A stretch of 21,911 nt of DNA from Erysipelotrichaceae bacterium. Its GTDB lineage: Bacteria > Bacillota_I > Bacilli_A > Erysipelotrichales > Coprobacillaceae. Position 1 is the stretch's first letter; the number at the start of each line of letters is the position of its first letter. The DNA lies in contig JAQVDW010000030.1 in assembly GCA_028698185.1 (NCBI GenBank), positions 1-21,911 of the forward strand. Direction: 5' to 3'. The notes beneath the pieces were generated by a model, which worked only from the letters and a program-made list of their open reading frames with translations, did no database searches and had not been told where the DNA came from. Position numbers and translations under genes: made by a program. Positions 14,321-21,911 of this stretch are shown piece after piece.

Positions 14321-16222
14321 ATGAAAATCACATTTTTAGATGGCAACATCAAAGAATTCGGAGTTGGAACTTCGGCTTTGGAAATCGCTAAGTCGATTTC
14401 AAGCTCATTGGCTAAAAAATGCGTGGCGGCCAAGGTTAACGACGTCGTGATCGATTTGAACCGCGCAATTGAACATGATGCGACTTTGCAGCTGATCACC
14501 CAGGATGACGTGGAGGCGATTGAAGTGTTGAACCACTCGACAGCCCATCTGATGGCTGAAGCGATCACGAATTTATATCCGGGAGCCAAATTCGGGGTAG
14601 GACCGAACATCGAGACCGGATTCTATTACGATGTGGAAACCGATCCATTGATCACCGAAGCCGACCTGCCTAGAATCGAAAAGGAAATGAAACGGATCGT
14701 CGCAGCGGGAGCGAAGATTGTCCGCAGTGAAGTTTCCAAGGCGGACGCTTTGGCGATGTTCAAAAATGACCCATACAAGACCGAACTGATCGAGAATCTT
14801 GAAGACGGGACTATCACTCTATACAGCCAAGGCAAATTCACTGACCTTTGCCGAGGACCTCATGTGGTGGCGACCTCGGTAATCAAACATTTCAAGCTGA
14901 TGTCACTAGCCGGAGCCTACTGGCGCGGGGACTCCAACAACCCGATGCTTCAAAGAATTTACGGGGTTAGTTTCTTTTCCAAGGAAGATCTCGACAACCA
15001 CCTGAAATTCCTGGAAGAAGCGGCCAAACGCGATCACCGCAAACTGGGCAAAGATCTTGACCTGTTCTTCGTTTCCGAATACGGGCCGGGATTCCCGTTC
15101 TTCCTGCCAAAAGGTATGGTCGTGCGCAACGAGCTCGAAAACCTGTGGCGCAAGGAACACCAGAAAGCCGGATACCAGGAAATCAAGACTCCGGTGATGT
15201 TGAACAAGGAACTTTGGGAGACATCAGGGCACTGGTACAACTATCGCGAAAACATGTACACATCGGAAATCGACGAGAACATCTTCGCCATCAAGCCGAT
15301 GAACTGTCCGGGATCAATCCTGGTCTATAAAAATGCCTTGCATTCATACAAGGAGTTCCCGATGCGGGTGGGCGAGTTGGGACTGGTGCACCGTCACGAG
15401 TTCTCGGGTGCGCTCCACGGTTTGTTCCGTGTTCGGGCGTTCACTCAGGATGATGCCCATATCTTCATGCTCCCTGACCAGATCGAACAGGAAGTCAATG
15501 GCGTGATCGATCTGATTGACCACTTCTATAAGGATATTTTTGGATTCGAGTACCATATCGAACTTTCAACCAAGCCTGAAGAAAAGGCCATCGGTTCAGA
15601 CGAGATCTGGGAAAAGGCGGAAAGCGCCCTGCAAAACGTGCTGGAAAAACGCGGTATCGACTATGTGCTCAATCCCGGCGACGGAGCTTTCTATGGTCCG
15701 AAACTGGACTTCAAGATCAAGGACGCAATCGGTCGGACTTGGCAATGCGGAACTATCCAGCTTGACTTCAACCTGCCGGAACGTTTCGACATGAACTACA
15801 TCGGTGAAGACGGTGAAAAACACCGTCCGGTAATGGTGCACCGCGTTGTATATGGTTCGATTGAACGTTTCATCGGAATCCTGATTGAACATTACGCCGG
15901 GAAATTCCCAACTTGGCTGGCTCCAGTCCAGGTCAAAGTTCTTGGGGTAAACAACCAGTACCATGGCGAATATGCCAAGGAAGTGATGGAGAAACTCAAG
16001 GCGCAGGGAATCCGGGTCGAACTTGACGAGCGGGAAGAAAAGCTTGGCAAGAAAATGCGTGATGCCCAAATCCAGAAAGTCCCTTACACTCTGGTCTTGG
16101 GTGACAACGAACGCGATGAAGCTACTGTCACTTACCGTGAACATGGCAAACAGGAACAGATCACAATCGGCTTCGATGATTTTGTGGCCATGATCAAGAT
16201 CCAGATCGCCGACTTGAAATAG
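14321..16222 (+). CDS. thrS: Threonyl-tRNA synthetase
   Basis: MKITFLDGNIKEF is a TGS domain. Editing-domain HSTAH, class II motifs (FRVRAFTQDDAHIF, GAFYGPKLDF) and a C-terminal anticodon-binding domain are present. I chose the ATG at 14321 with GAGGAGG 5 nt upstream. The track start at 14264 lies inside the T-box terminator. Confidence 0.95.
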   Translation: MKITFLDGNIKEFGVGTSALEIAKSISSSLAKKCVAAKVNDVVIDLNRAIEHDATLQLITQDDVEAIEVLNHSTAHLMAEAITNLYPGAKFGVGPNIETGFYYDVETDPLITEADLPRIEKEMKRIVAAGAKIVRSEVSKADALAMFKNDPYKTELIENLEDGTITLYSQGKFTDLCRGPHVVATSVIKHFKLMSLAGAYWRGDSNNPMLQRIYGVSFFSKEDLDNHLKFLEEAAKRDHRKLGKDLDLFFVSEYGPGFPFFLPKGMVVRNELENLWRKEHQKAGYQEIKTPVMLNKELWETSGHWYNYRENMYTSEIDENIFAIKPMNCPGSILVYKNALHSYKEFPMRVGELGLVHRHEFSGALHGLFRVRAFTQDDAHIFMLPDQIEQEVNGVIDLIDHFYKDIFGFEYHIELSTKPEEKAIGSDEIWEKAESALQNVLEKRGIDYVLNPGDGAFYGPKLDFKIKDAIGRTWQCGTIQLDFNLPERFDMNYIGEDGEKHRPVMVHRVVYGSIERFIGILIEHYAGKFPTWLAPVQVKVLGVNNQYHGEYAKEVMEKLKAQGIRVELDEREEKLGKKMRDAQIQKVPYTLVLGDNERDEATVTYREHGKQEQITIGFDDFVAMIKIQIADLK

Positions 16223-16227
16223 TTTGG

Positions 16228-16258
16228 AAGCTAGGTTTGGACTGCCTAGCTTTTCCTT
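16228..16258 (+). terminator. Intrinsic terminator after thrS
   Basis: The stem aagctagg (16228-16235) pairs with cctagctt (16245-16252) around a 9-nt loop, followed by a T-rich tail. Confidence 0.6.
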
Positions 16259-16288
16259 TACATTTTTATTCCGGAAATCGGTTAAAAA

Positions 16289-16297
16289 TGATATAAT
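16289..16297 (+). promoter_or_regulatory. Extended -10 promoter for the thyA operon
   Basis: TGaTATAAT, with TG at 16289-16290 and TATAAT at 16292-16297. This predicts a 5' leader of about 105 nt. Confidence 0.55.
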
Positions 16298-16307
16298 TAG
16301 GCTTATC

Positions 16308-16393
16308 AAGATGGCAAGATACGATGCCATCTTCGAATCATGAATACGTCATAAAGACTGATTCAAACATAATCTGCCGGATATATTTGAATC
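16308..16393 (+). promoter_or_regulatory. Structured thyA 5' leader containing two perfect hairpins
   Basis: Hairpin 1 has the 9-bp stem aagatggca (16308-16316) pairing with tgccatctt (16325-16333) and an 8-nt loop. Hairpin 2 has the 8-bp stem gattcaaa (16360-16367) pairing with tttgaatc (16386-16393) and an 18-nt loop. Hairpin 2 ends 5 nt before the AAGGAGG RBS. Confidence 0.45.
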
Positions 16394-16410
16394 GGCTCAA
16401 GGAGGATAAG

Positions 16411-17289
16411 ATGAAACAGTACCTAGAAATGGCCCGATACGTCCTGGAAAACGGCGAAGACCGGGGGGACCGGACCAACACCGGAACCCGATCGGTTTTC
16501 GGTTACCAGACCCGTTACAATCTGCTCGAAGGATTTCCACTGATGACGACCAAGAAAATGTATCTCCGGCCGATTGCCGAAGAGCTGCTCTGGTTCATCA
16601 AGGGCGATACGAACATCAAGTATCTGGTCGACCGCAATGTCAACATATGGAACGAGTGGCCTTATGATGATTACAAGAATCATCAAGATTACAAAAATGA
16701 GACCCTCGATGAATTCATCGAGAAGATCAGAACCGATGAAGAGTTTGCCAAGAAACACGGCAATCTCGGCCCGGTCTACGGTGCCCAGTGGCGCAATTTC
16801 AACAACGAGGGCATCGACCAGCTGGCCAATGTCATTGATTCAATCAAAAACAATCCGAATTCAAGAAGGCATATCATTTCGGCCTGGAACCCGGCCCAGG
16901 TTGATAAGATGAAACTTCCGCCTTGCCATTCGTTTTTGCAGTTTTATGTCAGTGGTGATGGCAAATATCTTTCTTGCCAGCTTTACCAGCGTTCGGCCGA
17001 CATATTCTTGGGAGTTCCTTTCAATATCGCATCATACGCCCTGTTTACGGCAATGATCGCCCAGGTCACCAACCTGACCGCCAAGGAATTCGTCCACACG
17101 ATTGGCGATGCCCACATCTATTCGAACCACTTCGATGTGATTAAGACCCAGATTGCCCGCGAACCGTTGCCGCTGTGCCAGCTTGAGCTCAATCCCGAAG
17201 TAAAGTCGATTTTCGATTTCACCATCGATGATATCAAGATCAGCGGTTACCAGTCGCATGGCAAGCTAAAAGGCGAGGTGGCTGTCTGA
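16411..17289 (+). CDS. thyA: Thymidylate synthase (ThyA type)
   Basis: [31 protein letters not shown], and the catalytic segment [13 protein letters not shown] chose the ATG at 16411 with AAGGAGG upstream. The track start at 16324 lies in the leader hairpin and has no RBS. Confidence 0.95.
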   Translation: MKQYLEMARYVLENGEDRGDRTNTGTRSVFGYQTRYNLLEGFPLMTTKKMYLRPIAEELLWFIKGDTNIKYLVDRNVNIWNEWPYDDYKNHQDYKNETLDEFIEKIRTDEEFAKKHGNLGPVYGAQWRNFNNEGIDQLANVIDSIKNNPNSRRHIISAWNPAQVDKMKLPPCHSFLQFYVSGDGKYLSCQLYQRSADIFLGVPFNIASYALFTAMIAQVTNLTAKEFVHTIGDAHIYSNHFDVIKTQIAREPLPLCQLELNPEVKSIFDFTIDDIKISGYQSHGKLKGEVAV

Positions 17290-17762
17290 TGATCGTCCTG
17301 ATTGTAGCCATGGATAGAAACAACCTGATCGGCTCGCAAACAGGCCACTTTGGCATGCCCTGGCACAACAAGGAGGATCTGCAGCATTTCCGCAAGACTA
17401 CCTTGAACCATGCGATTTTGATGGGGTCGACAACCTTCGCGGCCATGAAAAGGCCGCTGAAAGACCGGAGAAACATGGTGTTGACTTCAAAGGAAATCGA
17501 TATCCCCGGGGTCGAGGTCATCCACGACCTTGGAGCCATAGTCGACCAATATCGAAACAGTATCGATACCCTGTATGTCTGCGGCGGGGCGAGCGTCTAT
17601 TGCCAGACGATGGATTTCGCCGACAAGATCCTTGTTTCAAGGATTCCGGGTGACTACCAGGGTGAAACCCATTTTCCAGAAATCGACCTGGAGAAGTTCG
17701 TGCTTGAAAGCACGACTGATTTTGAAACTTTCAAATTAGAAACATATGTGAGGTTAAAATGA
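17289..17762 (+). CDS. folA: Dihydrofolate reductase
   Basis: [15 protein letters not shown]...MPWHNKEDLQHFRKTT...ILMGSTTF...YVCGGASVY are typical DHFR motifs. There is a TGATG overlap with the thyA stop. Confidence 0.9.
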   Translation: MIVLIVAMDRNNLIGSQTGHFGMPWHNKEDLQHFRKTTLNHAILMGSTTFAAMKRPLKDRRNMVLTSKEIDIPGVEVIHDLGAIVDQYRNSIDTLYVCGGASVYCQTMDFADKILVSRIPGDYQGETHFPEIDLEKFVLESTTDFETFKLETYVRLK

Positions 17763-18499
17763 AAAGAATTGCACTGATAGTTTTCCGTTGCCTGCTGATT
17801 CTGCCTTTCTGGATGGCGCGGGTGAAAACATATTACCGCAACAGGGACAGCGTATCGTTGCAAAAACGGTATGATTTCATTTGCGGAGTCGATCGCCGGC
17901 TTTTGAAAACCGGGCGGATCGATGTTGTCGCTTCGGGCATGGAAAACCTGCCTGAGGAGCAAGGATACCTGCTGACGCCCAACCACCAGGGCTTCGCGGA
18001 TCCGCTGGCGATCTTCGCATCGCATCAGAACATCTACAAGGGTGTGGTGAAAAAGGAGCTGGTCAACGCTCCGCTTATCGGCAAGGTCATCAAGATGCTT
18101 GAATACACCCCGATCGACCGCCAGGACAACCGCAAGGCCGTCAAGACGATCAAATCCGTATCCAAAGAGCTTGAGGCGGGGATCAATTACCTGGTTTTCC
18201 CGGAAGGGACCCGTTCGAGAAAAGGCAATGAGATCAATGAGTTCAAGTGGGGCACTTTCAAGATGGCGACCGTTGCCAAGGCCCCGATTGTGCCGGTGGC
18301 CATAGTCGACAGTTTCAAGGTGTTCGAAAGCAACAATATCAAAAAAACAACAGTTTACCTTAAATACCTGGAGCCAATCCGCTTTGAGGAATATCAAGAC
18401 CTCAAGACCAACGAGCTGGCCCTGGAAGTTGAAAAGCGGGTTAAACTTGGAATCGAGGAGCTAATAAAACTTAGAGATGGTAAGACCAGCAAGGATTAA
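17759..18499 (+). CDS. plsC: 1-acyl-sn-glycerol-3-phosphate acyltransferase
   Basis: HX4D motif NHQGFADP and the FPEGTRS motif, with an N-terminal hydrophobic segment. There is an ATGA overlap with the folA stop. Confidence 0.85.
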   Translation: MKRIALIVFRCLLILPFWMARVKTYYRNRDSVSLQKRYDFICGVDRRLLKTGRIDVVASGMENLPEEQGYLLTPNHQGFADPLAIFASHQNIYKGVVKKELVNAPLIGKVIKMLEYTPIDRQDNRKAVKTIKSVSKELEAGINYLVFPEGTRSRKGNEINEFKWGTFKMATVAKAPIVPVAIVDSFKVFESNNIKKTTVYLKYLEPIRFEEYQDLKTNELALEVEKRVKLGIEELIKLRDGKTSKD

Positions 18500-18833
18500 A
18501 AACATTGAGAGAATGCCGGAGTTCACCGCATTCAAGACATGCAAAAATCCCGACAATGAGAAGGTGATAGTGATGAGCGTCGAGGAATACGAGTGCATCC
18601 GGCTTATCGACTATGAAGGGATGACCCAACAGGAGTGCGCCGAAGTGCTCAATGTGGGCCGGACCACGGTGCAGCGGATGTATGATGTCGCGCGAAACAA
18701 AATTGCGATCTACCTTGTTGAGGGGGCGATGCTGAATGTGGCCGGGGGCAACTACCAGATAACCAAAGGTTGCCAAAGGCGCCAAAAAGGACATCGGTTG
18801 AACCGATGTCCCAAGATCAATCAAGAAGATTGA
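18477..18833 (+). CDS. DUF134 (UPF0251) family putative DNA-binding protein
   Basis: The MVRPARIKNIERMPEFTAFK N-terminus and the sigma-70 region-4-like HTH LIDYEGMTQQECAEVLNVGRTTVQRMYDVARNKIA. The start lies 23 nt inside plsC. Confidence 0.7.
   Translation: MVRPARIKNIERMPEFTAFKTCKNPDNEKVIVMSVEEYECIRLIDYEGMTQQECAEVLNVGRTTVQRMYDVARNKIAIYLVEGAMLNVAGGNYQITKGCQRRQKGHRLNRCPKINQED
18784..18810 (-). terminator. Minus-strand terminator for the pfp-rsmF-HD unit, embedded in the 3' end of the DUF134 CDS
   Basis: An 8-bp perfect palindromic stem (acatcggt, loop tga, accgatgt; 18791-18809). On the minus strand it is followed by ccTTTTTgg (the A-run at 18784-18788 on plus). It lies 7 nt past the HD stop codon. 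Confidence 0.6.
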
Positions 18834-18840
18834 GTTTTTT
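18817..18840 (+). terminator. Plus-strand terminator for the thyA-folA-plsC-DUF134 unit, embedded in the 3' end of the opposing HD gene
   Basis: The stem tcaatc (18817-18822) pairs with gattga (18828-18833) around the loop aagaa, followed by g and TTTTTT (18835-18840). Confidence 0.55.
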
Positions 18841-19281
18841 CAAATAATGCAGGTATGGTTCGTGCTTTCGCGCGACCAGATTGCAGCCATTGAGCAAATA
18901 AGAGCTGGCGACATCGCTGGCTTTTAATATTTCGCTGAATTTGTCATCGATGCGTTTCTTGGACGAATGGTTGGCAATCGCCTGGGTGACCATGTCGATT
19001 TCCAAATCCTCGAAAAGACCGCTTTTGACCATGAGTTTTCTGGCGTATTCTCCAGAGAGCAAGGCGTGGTTATGGCTGTTGTTGTTCAGGTAAGTGGCGC
19101 TATCGTGGAGCAGTCCGGCGATGGCGCAAAGTTCGGTGTCGAAACCTTCCTTTTTGCCGATCAGGATGTTGAATGTCGCTACCTGGACCAGATGTAACAT
19201 GGCCTCGTTCAGGTTGAGACCAAAACAGCGGCGGTTGAGGTCGGCGAAGAATTGGTCCTTGATTATTTCATAACGGTTCAT
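18817..19281 (-). CDS. Small HD-domain (metal-dependent phosphohydrolase superfamily) protein
   Basis: An H...HD...H pattern (MLHLVQVA, AGLLHDSATY, HNHALLSGEYA, IANHS), 154 aa. There is an ATGA overlap with the rsmF-like stop. Confidence 0.7.
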   Translation of the reverse strand: MNRYEIIKDQFFADLNRRCFGLNLNEAMLHLVQVATFNILIGKKEGFDTELCAIAGLLHDSATYLNNNSHNHALLSGEYARKLMVKSGLFEDLEIDMVTQAIANHSSKKRIDDKFSEILKASDVASSYLLNGCNLVARKHEPYLHYLKKLNLLD

Positions 19282-20597
19282 CGGCGGAGTCCTTTCGGGT
19301 AGAGGTTCTTGATCATGTCACTTTCCTTATAGAAAGAAAGGGGATATCCGTCGCCGAAGATGACCCCATAGCCCCGATTTCCCACCGCTGGCAGAGTCAG
19401 CCCCGCAAGATAGTCGGTGAACTCCTTTGAGTCGACTGGAAAATCAACGAAGCGTCTGACCTGGTCTTTTGTCAAAGTCCGGGCCAGTGAGTGGGAAGGT
19501 TCGAAGCGGTTCTTCTTGCATTCTCCCAGGTGGAGCCCGTTTCGCAGGATCTTGAAATTCGACAGTCTGACGAAGTTGGGTTGGATTGCATAGATGTGGC
19601 CGTTGGAATTGAAAAGCTGCTTGGGAGTCGGGATGTTGAGATTCTCTTTGTAGAACTGGCTTACCAACTCGCGCTGGGCTTTGGCGACATTGTCTTTTAG
19701 CGGCTCGGCTTTCGTCTTTTTCCCTTCGATTTTTTTCAGGATGGCGATGAACTGGCCTTCCCCCTGGTATTTGTGGGGATACATCCGCACCGTCCCTTCA
19801 AGAAAGATGCCGGAGGTCATTCCCGGATGCAATTTGACGGGAACCAGCTCCATTGGATAATTTTCAAGCATGTATCTGACCTGGTCCTCGTTTTCTTCAA
19901 GCGAGTAGGTGCAGGTCGAATAGACAAGCAGGCCGTCTGGCTTCAAAAGTTCGAAGGCGCTGTCCAGCAGCTTTCTTTGGATCGCTGCGCATTCGGCCAC
20001 TTTTTCAGGCGACCAGGTTTCAATCGCCTTGTCGGTTTTGCGGAACATACCCTCACCCGAGCAGGGCGCATCGAGAAAGACTTTGTCGAAAAATCCGCTC
20101 AGATCCCGGGTGAAGTTCACGGGATCCCCATTGGTCACGATTGTGTTGGTTATTCCCATCCGCTCGATGTTTCCAGAGAGGATCCTGGCCCGCAGCGGCG
20201 AGATGTCGTTGGCGACAAGCAGGCCATCGCCGGAGAGCTCCATGGCGATCTTGCATGATTTGCCTCCGGGAGCCCCGCACATGTCGAGCACGTAATCATC
20301 CGCTTGAATGGCGACCGTGTTGGCGACAATCATGGCGGCCGGATCCTGGATGTAGTACAGGCCTAGATCGAAATAAGGGTGCTTGCCTAGAAAATAGTCG
20401 AGATGGTCGTAACGGTATCCGTTTGCGATAAACTCATGGGGTCTTATTCTGGCATGGTCGAGATGTTCAAGGATATCACTCTTCAAAGTATTCAAATAAA
20501 AGCCCTTCGACTCGTGTTGTTCCAGGGCTTTTTCAAATTGGGGATATTCTTCCTTGAGAATATCCGCCATTCTTTGGTAAAAAAGTTCGATTGCCAT
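19278..20597 (-). CDS. rsmF: RsmB/RsmF-family rRNA cytosine-C5 methyltransferase (NOL1/NOP2/Sun)
   Basis: SAM motif DMCGAPGGKS, the two catalytic Cys motifs DAPCSGEGMFRK and YSTCTYS, and a C-terminal extension typical of RsmF/YebU, 439 aa. Confidence 0.85.
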   Translation of the reverse strand: MAIELFYQRMADILKEEYPQFEKALEQHESKGFYLNTLKSDILEHLDHARIRPHEFIANGYRYDHLDYFLGKHPYFDLGLYYIQDPAAMIVANTVAIQADDYVLDMCGAPGGKSCKIAMELSGDGLLVANDISPLRARILSGNIERMGITNTIVTNGDPVNFTRDLSGFFDKVFLDAPCSGEGMFRKTDKAIETWSPEKVAECAAIQRKLLDSAFELLKPDGLLVYSTCTYSLEENEDQVRYMLENYPMELVPVKLHPGMTSGIFLEGTVRMYPHKYQGEGQFIAILKKIEGKKTKAEPLKDNVAKAQRELVSQFYKENLNIPTPKQLFNSNGHIYAIQPNFVRLSNFKILRNGLHLGECKKNRFEPSHSLARTLTKDQVRRFVDFPVDSKEFTDYLAGLTLPAVGNRGYGVIFGDGYPLSFYKESDMIKNLYPKGLRR

Positions 20598-21832
20598 TAT
20601 AGCAGGTGCTTGCAGCTAAGATAAGTTGGGATTCCGTTTTCGTATCTGAGCATGACTTCTCCTTGGATAAGGGGTTTGAGGTATTCGATGGCATCTTGAG
20701 TGATATCGTTGCCTTGTTCATTGATGAAATGGCGCGGCATTTTCTGTTCCAGATTAGCGATGTTTTCCACATCATTATGGATGTATTCGATCGTGTAAGG
20801 GTCATTGCTTACTCTTTTCATCGAAACGACCTGACCGCTGAGGTTGTTCAAGGCGCATTCGATGGCATGGATGCCACAGTTGAACGACTCGTCCAGGTCG
20901 CATTTCGATGCGATATGCATCGCGCAACGTTGCAGGACGTTGAGTTCGATCGAGCGCACTTTGCAGTGGAATCGGTTGTAGACCAGGGTTTCTAAAACCT
21001 TTCCGGTTCCCGAGTGAAGGATATGGCCAAAGGCATCCTTTTTGACATAGCGGCTGTCGGCATCGAGATAGTTGCCTTCCTCGTCGCGGATACCTTCGGA
21101 AACAGCCACCACCACGAAACGTTTTTTCTTCATCACGTTCTCGATGTCAGCCAAAAAACGGTCCTTGTCGAATGTCACCTCAGGGAGATAGATCAGATCC
21201 GGAGCGCTATTATATTCGTTGCGGCTCAGGGCGCTTGAGGCTGTCAGCCAGCCGGCGTTGCGGCCCATGACTTCGACGATTGTGATCGAAGGCAGGTCAT
21301 AGATGGAACTGTCATGGACTACTTCAAGCATCGAGCTGGCCACGTATTTGGCTGCCGAACCGAAGCCTGGGGTATGGTCGGTGCCAAAAAGGTCGTTGTC
21401 GATTGTCTTAGGCAATCCGATGAAGTTGATGTCGATTCCGATGAATTTGGCATAGCGGTTCAATTTCATGACTGTATCCATCGAGTCGTTGCCACCGATA
21501 TAGAAGAAGTCGGTGATTCCCAGCTCCTGGAGGATCAGGACTATTTTTTGGAACTGGCTGTCATCCTGGGTATGGTCAGAAAGCTTGAAGCGGCATGATC
21601 CAAGATACATCGCCGGAGTCGTTTTCAGATTGTCGATCTGGTCATCGTTGGCGAATTCCTCAAGCAGGTTGATGATGCGTCGTTCGATCAGGCCCTGGAT
21701 TCCGTTGATCATACCGTAAATATTCTGGAATTCTCCAGACTGTTTGGCTTTGGATATGATTCCGGCCAAAGTCGCGTTGATGGCTACAGTCGGGCCACCC
21801 GACTGGCCGATAATACAATTTCTTTTTTTCAT
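20597..21832 (-). CDS. pfp: 6-phosphofructokinase of the long clostridial type, predicted pyrophosphate-dependent
   Basis: GQSGGPTVAIN, IGGNDS (nt 21482-21496) and GLPKTIDND (Lys codon at 21407-21409), then MGRNAGW. I chose the ATG at 21830-21832 with AGGAG 8 nt upstream rather than the track start at 21850. Confidence 0.85.
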   Translation of the reverse strand: MKKRNCIIGQSGGPTVAINATLAGIISKAKQSGEFQNIYGMINGIQGLIERRIINLLEEFANDDQIDNLKTTPAMYLGSCRFKLSDHTQDDSQFQKIVLILQELGITDFFYIGGNDSMDTVMKLNRYAKFIGIDINFIGLPKTIDNDLFGTDHTPGFGSAAKYVASSMLEVVHDSSIYDLPSITIVEVMGRNAGWLTASSALSRNEYNSAPDLIYLPEVTFDKDRFLADIENVMKKKRFVVVAVSEGIRDEEGNYLDADSRYVKKDAFGHILHSGTGKVLETLVYNRFHCKVRSIELNVLQRCAMHIASKCDLDESFNCGIHAIECALNNLSGQVVSMKRVSNDPYTIEYIHNDVENIANLEQKMPRHFINEQGNDITQDAIEYLKPLIQGEVMLRYENGIPTYLSCKHLL

Positions 21833-21858
21833 TGAAAATCTCCTTATCATTCATAAGC

Positions 21859-21887
21859 ATAATAACAAACTTTTTTCCCCTTTTCAA
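21859..21887 (-). promoter_or_regulatory. Sigma-A promoter for the pfp operon
   Basis: On the minus strand: TTGAAA (21882-21887), a 17-nt spacer, then TGtTATTAT with the -10 at 21859-21864. Confidence 0.6.
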
Positions 21888-21911
21888 CAAGCAAAAAATC
21901 CAAAAGTACTT

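Noticed and set aside
15596-16330. A 244-aa minus-strand ORF opposite the 3' half of thrS
   Set aside because: It is a shadow ORF antisense to a very confidently assigned ThrS. It has no start context or recognisable domain, and it runs through the thrS terminator.
16298-16410. A THF (folate) riboswitch upstream of thyA
   Set aside because: I could not recognise the conserved THF-I or THF-II core sequences by eye. I kept only the neutral observation of two hairpins as a finding, pending a covariance-model scan.
17654-18397. A 247-aa minus-strand ORF opposite folA and plsC
   Set aside because: It spans two well-supported plus-strand genes and their overlap. The translation is low-complexity with no motifs, so it is a shadow ORF.
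1-21911. A search for CRISPR repeats, IS or transposon ends, integrases, toxin-antitoxin pairs, restriction-modification or other defence modules
   Set aside because: I saw no repeat-spacer periodicity, no transposase, recombinase or nuclease-helicase-like ORFs, and no long inverted or direct repeats. Every sizeable ORF has a housekeeping assignment except the DUF5662, DUF134, HD and 79-aa proteins discussed in the findings.

Overview
This window is a gene-dense, mostly plus-strand stretch of core chromosome from a Bacillota-like bacterium. Supporting signs are a T-box leader, KtrAB, DarA, ScpAB, many extended -10 promoters (TGnTATAAT) and GGAGG ribosome-binding sites. TGA is used as a stop codon, and by eye GC is about 48-50 percent. 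I can support 23 coding regions. In order they are: a membrane-protein tail, an S11 DD-carboxypeptidase, and yebC on the minus strand. Next come two FAD oxidoreductases fused into one operon with ktrB-ktrA, then darA. A tightly overlapped chain follows: folC-scpA-scpB-DUF5662-lysR. After that come an Fe-alcohol dehydrogenase, an orphan 79-aa ORF in an AT-rich islet, rluB, and thrS behind a T-box. The last plus-strand block is thyA-folA-plsC-DUF134, and a convergent minus-strand operon pfp-rsmF-HD closes the window. I found no CRISPR array, transposase or integrase, tRNA or rRNA gene, large repeat, or recognisable defence or toxin module. I therefore do not see a convincing novel multi-gene system. 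The best leads are modest. (1) The c-di-AMP receptor gene darA sits directly behind a ktrBA operon that is itself fused to two uncharacterised flavoproteins. (2) An orphan ORF with strong expression signals lies in an AT-rich islet that extends into the 5' part of rluB. (3) An uncharacterised His-rich DUF5662 protein is translationally coupled between scpB and a LysR regulator. (4) The thyA leader is unusually structured. (5) Two interlocked terminators are embedded in the ends of convergent coding regions. All homology calls come from motif recognition by eye, not database searches.
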